Assembly (NCBI GenBank): GCA_041489255.1
Contig: JBGPQV010000007.1
Location: forward strand, 4,006 to 68,005
Direction of reading: 5' to 3'
DNA from: Thermoplasmata archaeon
Lineage (GTDB): Archaea > Thermoplasmatota > Thermoplasmata > RBG-16-68-12 > JAFNFQ01
Length of the DNA: 64,000 nt
In this document: in pieces, positions 48,979 to 57,992 of the stretch
Position numbering within the stretch: the first letter of the stretch is position 1
Layout: every line of letters begins with the position of its first letter
Translations under genes and position numbers: made by a program
Notes under the pieces: model-generated
Database searches by the model: none
Told to the model about the DNA's origin: nothing
The model's input: only the letters and a program-made list of their open reading frames with translations

Positions 48979-51477
48979 GCGTTTGACCGGACACACAACG
49001 GTCTCCCGGATGTGTTCGTCGTGAATATCACTGCGAACGGGAGCTGGCTCGGCTATTCCACTTTCATCGGCGGCGGCAGCTGGGATTGCGGGTTCGGCAT
49101 CACGCTGGACGAATCGCGGCTGACCTATGTCGCAGGTGAGGCATGGTCCGTTGACTTCCCCGTGACTCCCGGCGCTTTCGATTCGAACCTCAGCGGCTAC
49201 CGCGAGGGATTTGTCACGAAGCTCGTGACCAGGGCGAACACGCCTCCGGTCATTGTCTCGTTCACGGTGACTCCTCAGCCGCAGGCCGAGGGGAGCACGG
49301 TGACTTTCGATGTCGTAGCGAAAGACGCAGAGGGAGACAAGCTCACGTACGAATTCGATTTTGAGTCCGACGGCGTGTTCGAGAAGCAGGGAAGCGATGC
49401 GAGGGTGACCCATGTCTATGGAGACGACTTCCACGGGACAGCCGCTGTCCGCGTCAGCGACGCGAGCGACAGCGTGAATGCGAACGCACCGGTGACGATC
49501 ACCAATGTGGCACCCGCGATTTCCTTCACCTCAGCACCTTCGGGAGACGAAGCCGACATCCTGAATTTCAGTGTCCACATCACAGATCCGGGCAGCGACG
49601 ACATCACGGTGGGATGGTCTGGCTCATGCACCGGCTGGTCGTCGCCGACGGTTTATCCGAACGACCCCGCGAGGTATCCGGACCCGCATCCTAGCACCGC
49701 GGTCAATCCGCGCGATGTGACCAACGGGCAACGCGTCGTGTGCGGAGACAATGGAGTCTTCACATGGGCGGTGAGAGCGGAGGACGACGACGGAGGAGTC
49801 ACGAGGCTCTCCGGACGCTTCACGGTCGCGAACCTGCCGCCTTCGCTCGATGTCACACCGCCTCAGCAAGCGAGCATAGACGAAGGGCAGTCCGTCTCAT
49901 TCACCGCCACCGCAACAGACCCGGGCAGCGACGACCTGACGTTCAGCTGGTCGTGGGGGGAGGGCTCGAGCGAGAGCAGGACATGCTTCGACAACGGAAT
50001 CGGGCCAGATCCTCCGGATAGTCCGAACGGCACTTATCCATTCACCGCCACCGACACCGCCAACCACACCTATGGCGACGACGGGCTCTACAACGTCATG
50101 CTGACGGTGAACGATGACGATGGCGGTTCGACATCGTGGCAGGGGCAGGTCTCGGTTGCCAACATCGCGCCAGAGATCGAACCGTTCGGGCCGTTCTCTG
50201 CTGCCGAGGGGCAGTCATTGTCAATCATCGCCAACTCGACGGATCCCGGAAGCGACGATTTGACGTTCACTTGGACATTCGAGCTCGGCCCGACCGTCTC
50301 CATCACACATTTCAACGACGGAATCGGCCCTGACCCGCCCCAGAGCCCAGGTGGTATCTTCCCATTCGCCGCCGCCTGTCTGGTCAACCACACCTACGGC
50401 GACAACGGGCTCTTCACACTGACCCTCACAGTCACCGATGACGACGGTGGTTCAGCGACTTGGCAAACGGAAATCGAAGACTTGAATCTCCCGCCATCAA
50501 TAACTCCGTTCGGTCTGTTCGACCTGGACGAGGCGGAACAGATTTCCGTCACCGCACACGCCCTCGACCCCGGCAGCGATGACCTGACCTTCGTCTGGTC
50601 GTTCGAGTTCGGCCCGACCGTCAGCCACATATTCTTCAACGACGGAACGGGACCGGATCCGGCGAAGAGCCCGGGCGGCGTGTTCCCGTTCAGCTCCGAC
50701 GACGTTGCGACACATACATACGGAGACAACGGCATGTTCAGAATCTCTCTCACCGTTCAGGACGACGACGGCGGTTCTTCTTCCTATGAGACGCTGGTGA
50801 CAGTCCGAAATCTTCCTCCGACCATCTTGGACGCCAAGGTCTTCATGCTCGCGAATGTGACCCTGCGCGTAGCGGGCGAGAAATGGCACGATGTCATCCT
50901 CGACCTTTATGAGGGTCCCGAGGAGGTCGGCGAAATCCGAGTGGTCAGGTCTCCCGGGAGCCCGAACGACCAGACGGCGACAATCCGTCAGGCCGAGGTC
51001 ACTCTCAGCAGGCCGTTCTCTGCGGTCGCCCGTTACACGCCCGACGACGATCCCGTCAACGGTCAGCCGAATGGGGCTGACTCCGCGTGGCTCATTATCG
51101 ATTGGGAGGACGGCGACACCACGGTCTTTCATCATACATTCAACGTTCAGCATACCGATACATACGTCTGGACCGTCAACAACCTCAGTGCCTACGCGGT
51201 CAATCAGATTGTCCATCTGAAAGCCACGGCCATGGATCCCGGCAGTGACGATCTTTCGTTCCTGTGGGACTCTGGAGACGGGAGGACGTTCGCCGCCATC
51301 TATTACAATGACGGAATCGGACCAGACCGATACCCGAGCCCAGACGTGAATCCGATTACCGCCACCAACGAGGCGATCCTTGTGTACGGTGCCACTGGAA
51401 CGTACGCGATAAGACTGATTGTGACCGACGACGACGGAGGTTCGGTCGACCTCCTCCTGCCGATTTCCATAGGTTGA
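48979..51477 (+). pseudogene. continuation of the same reading frame after TGA: 1 more SBBP repeat + ~9 PKD-like domains (possible pseudogene/readthrough)
   Basis: same frame as upstream CDS; repeat pattern runs seamlessly across the stop (…EFPTTP*AFDRTHNGLPDVFVVNITANGSWLGYSTFIGGG); PKD-like repeats (DPGSDDLTF.WS…). Confidence 0.7.
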
Positions 51478-51612
51478 GAACGACAAGCGGAATTCTGGCG
51501 GGCATTCTCGGGCAGCATGAGGAATAGCGCACCGGGGCTGGGAAACTTCCACCTCCCGCCAAAGATTTAGGTAAGCGGAAATGTCAAATACCCCCGTTGT
51601 CGTCGGTGCGAC

Positions 51613-52377
51613 GTGGCGGATACGGTCACACTGCTTCTGATTGCCGCAGCCGGCATGTCCACGGCCCTCGGTGGCATCTTGATCGTCGCGATTCGCCGCC
51701 TGACGCACCGCATGCACGACACGATTCTGGGCCTCGGCGCCGGCATCATGCTCGGAGTCTCCGTCTTCGATCTCCTCCTCCAGCTGGGCGAGCACCGGAG
51801 TGAGGACTGGCTCCTCATCGCCGCCGGGATCGTCGGCGGAACGGCAGTGGTCGCCGTCCTAATCGGAGTGTTCCGCAAGATGCCCCTCCCGATGCCCTTC
51901 GTCAAGAACTCCGCGCCCGACACGACGGGAGCCGCGTTCCTGCTCGTCATCGCCCTGATGATCCACAATCTGCCGGAAGGACTGGCCACGGGCATAGGCT
52001 ACGGACACGGTCCGACCACCTTGGGCAACAGCATCGCTGCTTCAATCGCGTTCCAGAACATCCCCGAAGGGCTGCTCGTTGCGGTGGCGGTGCTCGCCGA
52101 GACTGGTTCGAAGCGCGCGGGCTTCAGCTACGCGGTGCTCAGCGGCGCCGTCGAGCCCGTTGCGGGATATGTCGCGTACTTCGCCCTGTCAGTCTCCCCC
52201 GCAACCGTCGGAGTCGTTTCGGGCTTCGCGGCGGGTGCGATGCTCGCAGTCGTCTTCTTCCAGATGATACCGGAGAGTCACAGGCACGGCTACAGAGTGC
52301 CTGCGACTGCAGCTCTCGCAGCCGGGGTCCTGCTGGTCGTGGCGGTGAACCTAGCGCTCGGGCAGATCAGATTATGA
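51613..52377 (+). CDS. ZIP-family metal (Zn/Fe) transporter
   Basis: HNLPEGLATG and FQNIPEGL motifs, 8 TM. Confidence 0.8.
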   Translation: MADTVTLLLIAAAGMSTALGGILIVAIRRLTHRMHDTILGLGAGIMLGVSVFDLLLQLGEHRSEDWLLIAAGIVGGTAVVAVLIGVFRKMPLPMPFVKNSAPDTTGAAFLLVIALMIHNLPEGLATGIGYGHGPTTLGNSIAASIAFQNIPEGLLVAVAVLAETGSKRAGFSYAVLSGAVEPVAGYVAYFALSVSPATVGVVSGFAAGAMLAVVFFQMIPESHRHGYRVPATAALAAGVLLVVAVNLALGQIRL

Positions 52378-52593
52378 GCGTTAGCCACCGACTATCTGCG
52401 CACTCTTTTGGCCGATCACAGAGAAAGGAGATCAAGTCGGGGAATCTCTGTCTTATGATATTACATAAATGCGACGGTTCAATCTGAAGTCTCATGTCGA
52501 CCTCGGGCGCACGCCTTGGGTCGCCGTCCGCAGGCACGCCAATCACGTCAGGTTGATGAAGAGCGAGTCCCATATGATAATACGGAGTCAAAC

Positions 52594-53034
52594 ATGTCAA
52601 TAGACGAGAGCGAGAGCGCATGGGAGCTGATGGGGAAACGGTATATCGTTACCCCGGAGCGACGGGCCTCCGATGCAGGACCGGACGAGGACCAGCCCTG
52701 GCCAAAAGGGATCGCCGAAGACCTCGCGAGCGACAGTAGCCTCATCGCCAGGAACGAGGACCGCATGATATTCGCTGAGAAGCAGAGCGCGGAAATATGG
52801 CGGAAGCGCATGAACCGTGAGGCGCTCGCCTCGGCGGAGAATTGGGACGTCAGAGAAGTGAGGATAATCAGGAGGGACGGGGCGCTGGCGAAGGCGATCG
52901 AGGAAGCTGGCGTCACACCCATATCATGCGAGGACTACTATGTCCTGGACACGGACTTCCTCGAGCGCGGCCTCGCCCTGGAACTGGTCATGGCGCTCAG
53001 GAAGAGGATCGAGTCCTTGGAGCGATCCGAGTAG
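52594..53034 (+). CDS. hypothetical acidic protein
   Basis: ORF with internal ATG 52594 (MSIDESESAW…); no recognisable motif. Confidence 0.35.
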   Translation: MSIDESESAWELMGKRYIVTPERRASDAGPDEDQPWPKGIAEDLASDSSLIARNEDRMIFAEKQSAEIWRKRMNREALASAENWDVREVRIIRRDGALAKAIEEAGVTPISCEDYYVLDTDFLERGLALELVMALRKRIESLERSE

Positions 53035-53067
53035 CGATTTCCCTGAACTAGTCACGCGAAGGGCTCA

Positions 53068-53454
53068 ATGGCGAAGACTAACCTCCCTCTAGAGGTGATA
53101 TCGACGCCAGTGTTCTACGTCGTGGACTACTATTCGAAATATGACCGGACGGGAGAGTTCATAGCCATCGTCAAGTCGGACAAGGGCCGCAGACTGATCC
53201 AGGACGTCGAGAAGGAGACGGGAGCGGAGTTCCGCGGGACATACTTCCCGCTCATGGGGTTCAGCGAGTACACCGCCGAGGACTGGCGGGAGCTCCCGGA
53301 CTACGGGGCGCTGAGCAAGTTCCGGGATTCGCAGGCGTGGAACAAGGCGCTCCAGGAGTTCAACCAGTTCTACGACAACGCCCACCCGTTCAAGGCAAGA
53401 TTATTGGGGTCCATCAGCGACGTTAAGGCGACCGGGCTGCGCGAGACGAAGTAA
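53068..53454 (+). CDS. hypothetical protein
   Basis: 128-aa ORF between two ZIP genes; no recognisable motif. Confidence 0.4.
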   Translation: MAKTNLPLEVISTPVFYVVDYYSKYDRTGEFIAIVKSDKGRRLIQDVEKETGAEFRGTYFPLMGFSEYTAEDWRELPDYGALSKFRDSQAWNKALQEFNQFYDNAHPFKARLLGSISDVKATGLRETK

Positions 53455-53477
53455 GGGTGGAAGACCCCATCACAATC

Positions 53478-54239
53478 TCAGACAGAGAGAAGCAGTCCAG
53501 TGAAGTACATCAGCAGGATGCCAAGGGCGATTCCCGCAAACATGCTCCTCGGGGAGGTCGACAGTCTCAGGAGTTCGACCGCGACGAACAGCAAGGCACC
53601 TCCCGCCACAGAGAAGAAGAGGACGCCCAGGAGTTCTGAGTATGCCAGGGAGCCTATCACGCTCCCTATGATCGTCGGGAACCCCGCGATGAAACCCATG
53701 GCCAGAGGCTGTCTCAGCCGCATCGGCGTGTCGGACACCGGCCCAGCAATCCCGAGCCCCTCGGTCCCGTTGTGGAGCGCGAACCCGACAACGAGGGCGG
53801 TTGTCAGTGCGAACTGACCCGCCCCATAAGCGGCACCGAGGGCGAGCCCTTCGCCGAAGTTGTGCAGTCCGATTCCTAAGGCCATCATGTAGGCGGTGAG
53901 CAGCTTGGAGTCGCTTCCCGCCAAAGCGGAAGACCCGGGCGAGGTCGGTGCAACGATGCTCCCTCGCCGATGATGGAATAACAATGCGGGACCTACGAGC
54001 CCCAAGGTCAGACCGATGACGAAAAGGAGCGGACCGACTGGGGACACCTTGGCCATTTCCACGGATTCGCCCGTGACGTCAGCGAAGAGGAACATGAGTA
54101 TTCCGGTGGAAAAGCTGAGGAGCAGGCTTCTCCAATGTGGAGGGAGCCTCCTAAAGAGTGGTATTGGCATGAGCCCCAGGTAGACTGGTACCAAACCGGC
54201 GAGGATCCCGATCAGGATGGGGTTTGCGATGTCCGCCAT
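53478..54239 (-). CDS. ZIP-family metal transporter (second paralogue)
   Basis: HNFGEGLALG, HNGTEGLG motifs. Confidence 0.8.
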   Translation of the reverse strand: MADIANPILIGILAGLVPVYLGLMPIPLFRRLPPHWRSLLLSFSTGILMFLFADVTGESVEMAKVSPVGPLLFVIGLTLGLVGPALLFHHRRGSIVAPTSPGSSALAGSDSKLLTAYMMALGIGLHNFGEGLALGAAYGAGQFALTTALVVGFALHNGTEGLGIAGPVSDTPMRLRQPLAMGFIAGFPTIIGSVIGSLAYSELLGVLFFSVAGGALLFVAVELLRLSTSPRSMFAGIALGILLMYFTGLLLSV

Positions 54240-54308
54240 TGAGACAGTTGCTTACTGCATCTGCCTACTTCAAGTCTTGCGGTTTAGAGCTACCTAATTC
54301 TCTGCGCC

Positions 54309-54440
54309 TCAGGATTCTCGAATCCCGTCCACAGCCCGCTCCGCTTCCTTCTTCGGCTCCCTAGCCTCGGATAGCGCCCGACAATCGCGCAGTCCGCCCC
54401 TGCCATGATCGCATCCGAAGCGCATCAGTCGGGCGGCGAC
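54309..54440 (-). pseudogene. degenerate duplicate of pyrF 3' end (…CRALSEAREPKKEAERAVDGIRES*)
   Basis: ~85% nt identity with 1-nt indel to 55752..55860 (pyrF C-terminus …GRAIYEAKEPRKEAEQVIEGIR…). Confidence 0.65.
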
Positions 54441-55180
54441 ATACACTCTCTCCATGATGTGGGATCCTCGGACAACTGTGGGACATCCGGGGACAATCGC
54501 ATGAGATCCACGAGCAGTTCGATGCAACTTTCAGAAATCCGTCATGAACCCTCCAACGCTCCGCGCGCAACCCCAAACAATCGGAAGGACTCCCCCAACG
54601 AACCGCGCGGGATTCAAGACAATCGATAGATATCTCCGGATGGCCAAAACCCACTTCCAGACGATTGTCCGGGACTTCCAGACAACCCTCTGGGACCTCC
54701 AGAAGGATCTCTCGCGGTCCCAGACGACCATTTTGGACCATCAGAGGTCCGAATGGGGGTCCGGACGACCCGAACCACCCGCCAGACGACTCTCTGATAC
54801 CTCCAGAGGATCGTTCGGGACCTCCAGAAGACCGTCTGGCGGTCGCGGAGGGCTGAAGGAGGGGGGTTAGAGCCTTCTGACACTTCCAGACGACTGTCTG
54901 GGACTAGCTTCGGACCGTCTGACGGTTCCTCCGGACTTTCTGGCGTTGTCAGAAGACCGTCTGGCGGTTCCAGACGACTGTCTGGGACTCGCCTTGAATC
55001 CGCTGGATAAGGGATTGGATCGGCTGAAGATGCGTTCGCGTGCTCTCGCGGTCCGTCAGGACCCGCTTGATATTGGATTGAGTCGGCTGGAGGTGTGTCG
55101 GAGTGTTCTCAAGGTCCGCGAGGGTCGTCCGGGATTGGACGCGGATCGTCGAGAGGTGGGATCCAATCGGCTGATGGACG
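54440..55180. repeat. tandem array of ~35 degenerate 21-bp units (cores ggacaatcg / ccagacgactgtctggga), strict phase; related to array 37559..38000
   Basis: caatcg at 54494, 54578, 54620 (multiples of 21); units at 54654, 54675, 54717, 54780, 54801, 54822, 54885, 54948, 54969 … all in phase. Confidence 0.8.
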
Positions 55181-55261
55181 CTCTTCCGTGTCTGTTGCAA
55201 TCCTGCACACAGACCGGTCTTGTTCGCGGCGGGAAAGAATCAACAGAGGCTTTCCTCGAAT

Positions 55262-55302
55262 GAAGAGGAAAAGAAAAAAATGCCCCCCTTTTGGCGGGGG
55301 GC
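55262..55302 (-). terminator. GC hairpin + T-tract (minus-strand), candidate pyrF terminator
   Basis: gcccccc-ttttggc-ggggggc stem-loop; minus strand continues attttttttcttttcc. Confidence 0.35.
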
Positions 55303-55714
55303 TTGGGAAACGCGGGTTCGCAACCGCCAATGGACGCTACTTCATCGCTTCCTGGACCGGGACCGGCAGCGGCTCCGCAGCCGTCTGATCCCCCGCCTGC
55401 CTGACCTTGCTCCGGAGGCGCTGGAAGACCTTCGCCGACTCGCTGTTCTTCTCCACCGCCGCCATCATCATGTCGATCGTGCCCGATGTGACGACGTACG
55501 CGCGGTGCATTGTCGTGGGATTCTGTACCTCGCCGCTGTCAAAAGCCGACTACGAGTCAGCCAACGGGTGGATGAGGAATCTTGCGAATGTCGCAGGCAT
55601 TCGTTTCCGAGATGTTGTCTATTTCGAGGGCCAACCATCGGTATTCGACAATGACTCTAGAAACGCTGGGCCACCAGCAAGACGGAATCGTGTGCATAAC
55701 GGAAAGTGGATATC

Positions 55715-56362
55715 CTAAGATCGGAAAGTTACGCGAATGCCTTCAATGACCTGTTCCGCTTCCTTCCTCGGCTCCTTCGCCTCGTATATCGCCCGCCCCA
55801 CGATCACGTAATCCGCCCCTGCTCTGATTGCGTCGGCAGCGCTCCCGCCCTGCGCACCGACTCCAGGCGTCGCGATGCGGAGACTCCCGACAATCTCCCT
55901 CATCCTCCTAATCCTTTCCGGCCTCGTGGCGGGAGCGATGATGCCAGTTGCCCCGACCTTCACCGCCATCCTCGCGATCTCCTCCGCTATCGGCGCGCTG
56001 AACCTCTCAGCCCCGGGGTGGCTCATCTCCGTCACAACGAACACGTCGCCCTTGGCGGCATCCACGCACGCTTTCACCGAGTCCTCGCCTGGGAAGCCGT
56101 GGACGATCACGCCCGATGCCCCGCGGCGGAAAGCCTCCTGCACGATGAGGCGGTTGGTGTTCGGGATGTCGGCGACCTTGAAGTCGCAGAGCACGTCCGA
56201 CTCCTTCGCGAGCTTTGTGATGATTTCGGGTCCGACCCCTAGGATGATCGGCCAGTTGACCTTGATGGCGTCAACGAGGTTTTTCACTTCGCCCGCGATT
56301 TTGAGCGCCCTCTTTTCCTCCACGACATCGAGCGCCAGAATCAGATGAGAGTCGAGCTTCAT
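55715..56362 (-). CDS. pyrF: orotidine 5'-phosphate decarboxylase
   Basis: LALDV…, DFKVADIPNT, catalytic K/D pattern, GVGAQGG phosphate-binding end. Confidence 0.85.
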   Translation of the reverse strand: MKLDSHLILALDVVEEKRALKIAGEVKNLVDAIKVNWPIILGVGPEIITKLAKESDVLCDFKVADIPNTNRLIVQEAFRRGASGVIVHGFPGEDSVKACVDAAKGDVFVVTEMSHPGAERFSAPIAEEIARMAVKVGATGIIAPATRPERIRRMREIVGSLRIATPGVGAQGGSAADAIRAGADYVIVGRAIYEAKEPRKEAEQVIEGIRVTFRS

Positions 56363-56386
56363 CGCCCGCCGTCTAGGTGCACGCGC

Positions 56387-56393
56387 GATATAA
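56387..56393 (-). promoter_or_regulatory. TATA box for pyrF
   Basis: minus-strand CTTATAT 25-31 nt upstream of ATG 56362. Confidence 0.45.
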
Positions 56394-56406
56394 GCGTTTT
56401 TCCGGG

Positions 56407-56541
56407 CTAGCGGGCAAACCTTCTCTCCTCACCGAGGGGCTTCGTCGGCGCCTGCTTGCAGCACGCCGAGCAGTCCCGGCACCGCCAGTCCGCCGCGCAC
56501 AGCACTGCGACCGTGGTGCCGCATGACGGACAGTCTATCAT
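56407..56541 (-). CDS. candidate 44-aa zinc-ribbon protein (MIDCPSCGTTVAVLCAADWRCRDCSACCKQ…)
   Basis: CPxC…CRDC…CC pattern; could be a GC-rich chance ORF. Confidence 0.25.
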   Translation of the reverse strand: MIDCPSCGTTVAVLCAADWRCRDCSACCKQAPTKPLGEERRFAR

Positions 56542-56654
56542 GTTGCCCTTACGGCATGCCTAGAATGTATACCTTGGCGATTCCACGAGGATTTTTGGGG
56601 CGGAGCAACTATTAAGTAAGATGCCTACAATCCTTCTCGCGAGTTCCAAGAGCC

Positions 56655-57209
56655 ATGCCCGAAAACCGCCACGTGAAATCGAAGGTCTGCCTCGTCGGCG
56701 AGGCAGCGGTCGGCAAGACCTCCCTCGTCCGCCGCTACGTCGTGGACGAGTTCGACGACAAGTACATCACCACCCTGGGGGCGAAGGTCTCCAAGAAGGA
56801 GATGGAGTACGACTACCCGGAGAAGGACATCCACGTGGACATGGACATGACCATTTGGGACATCATGGGCGAGAAGGGGTTCAGGGATCTCCTCAGCGAC
56901 GCTTACTTCCAGGGAGCGAAAGGGGTGATCGCGGTCTGCGATATCACCCGCATATCGACCGTGAAGGAGCTCGACGACTGGATCAAGTCTGTCTTCGAGG
57001 TGGTCGGCGAGGTCCCCGTGGTCTACGCGGTGAACAAGAACGACCTGCGGGACGAGGTCATGCTGATGTTCACGGAGAAAGACCTGAAGCAGTGGACGCG
57101 TGCCTTCGACGCGCAGTACTTCTACACCTCGGCGAAGACGGGGGAGAACGTGGAGAAGGCGTTCAAGGCGCTCGGGGCCGCGATCGTGGCGAAATCTGGC
57201 GTGTTATAG
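56655..57209 (+). CDS. Ras/Rab-like small GTPase
   Basis: G1 GEAAVGKTS, G3 WDIMGEKG, G4 NKND, G5 SAK. Confidence 0.8.
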   Translation: MPENRHVKSKVCLVGEAAVGKTSLVRRYVVDEFDDKYITTLGAKVSKKEMEYDYPEKDIHVDMDMTIWDIMGEKGFRDLLSDAYFQGAKGVIAVCDITRISTVKELDDWIKSVFEVVGEVPVVYAVNKNDLRDEVMLMFTEKDLKQWTRAFDAQYFYTSAKTGENVEKAFKALGAAIVAKSGVL

Positions 57210-57298
57210 GCTCTGAGAATCACGGCGGAGAATCTAAATAGCCTCCTTTTAGCTGGCTTGACGCTTCTGCAGTCAGGGGGCCCGCGGGAACGAGCACT

Positions 57299-57841
57299 GT
57301 CGTCAAGGAACTGAAGAGCAAGATATGCCTTGTCGGTGAGAAGAGCGTCGGCAAGACATCCCTCATACGACGCTTCGTCCTCGACACATTCGACGACAAG
57401 TACGTGGTGACCGTCGGCACAAAGATCACGAAGAAGGAGGTCAACGTCTTCAAGCCGGAGCTTGAGGGCGAGGTCCGCGTCGACATGACGATCTGGGACA
57501 TCATGGGCGAGAAGGGGTTCAGGGAGCTCCTCAAGGACGCTTACTTCTACGGGGCGAACGGCGTCCTTGCTGTGGCCGACCTGACGAGGAAGAAATCGCT
57601 CAACGACCTGGACGACTGGATCGACGGCGTCGAGAAGATAGCCGGCAAGGTGCCTATATTCATCGCGGTGAACAAGTGCGACCTGATCGATCAGGCGCAG
57701 TTCTCGCTAAAGGAGGTCTCGCAGATGGCGAAGGCCTTCGATTCCGAATTCCTTCACACTTCGGCGAAGACGGGAGAGGGGGTCGAGCAGTGCTTCAAGA
57801 AGCTAGGGGATTTGGTGGTCGAGCATCAGCTTGGCATGTAG
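57299..57841 (+). CDS. Ras/Rab-like small GTPase (paralogue); no canonical start codon upstream of G1 in frame
   Basis: G1 GEKSVGKTS, G3 WDIMGEKG, G4 NKCD, G5 SAK; frame open from stop at 57239 but no ATG/GTG/TTG before the P-loop. Confidence 0.65.
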   Translation, partial: VVKELKSKICLVGEKSVGKTSLIRRFVLDTFDDKYVVTVGTKITKKEVNVFKPELEGEVRVDMTIWDIMGEKGFRELLKDAYFYGANGVLAVADLTRKKSLNDLDDWIDGVEKIAGKVPIFIAVNKCDLIDQAQFSLKEVSQMAKAFDSEFLHTSAKTGEGVEQCFKKLGDLVVEHQLGM

Positions 57842-57992
57842 GCATTGTTAGATGCGCCGCTCCGACATACTTAAATATGCGGAGGTGGATGAAAAGCCCC
57901 CTCGGCGCAGGCGCGGGATTGCCCGGCATATGGAAGCTCTTTGGTCATTGTGTGGGGGCTTCTGACCCGGGAAGCGAGAAGGGAAGGCGATC

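Noticed and set aside
47815-51795. 539-aa and 432-aa minus-strand ORFs (47815..49434, 50497..51795)
   Set aside because: They are antisense to the SBBP/PKD giant gene. They have no motifs and a shadow-ORF composition.
37559-55180. The 21-bp arrays as CRISPR arrays
   Set aside because: There is no alternation of conserved repeats with unique spacers. Every 21-bp unit is a degenerate version of the same motif, and no cas genes are nearby.
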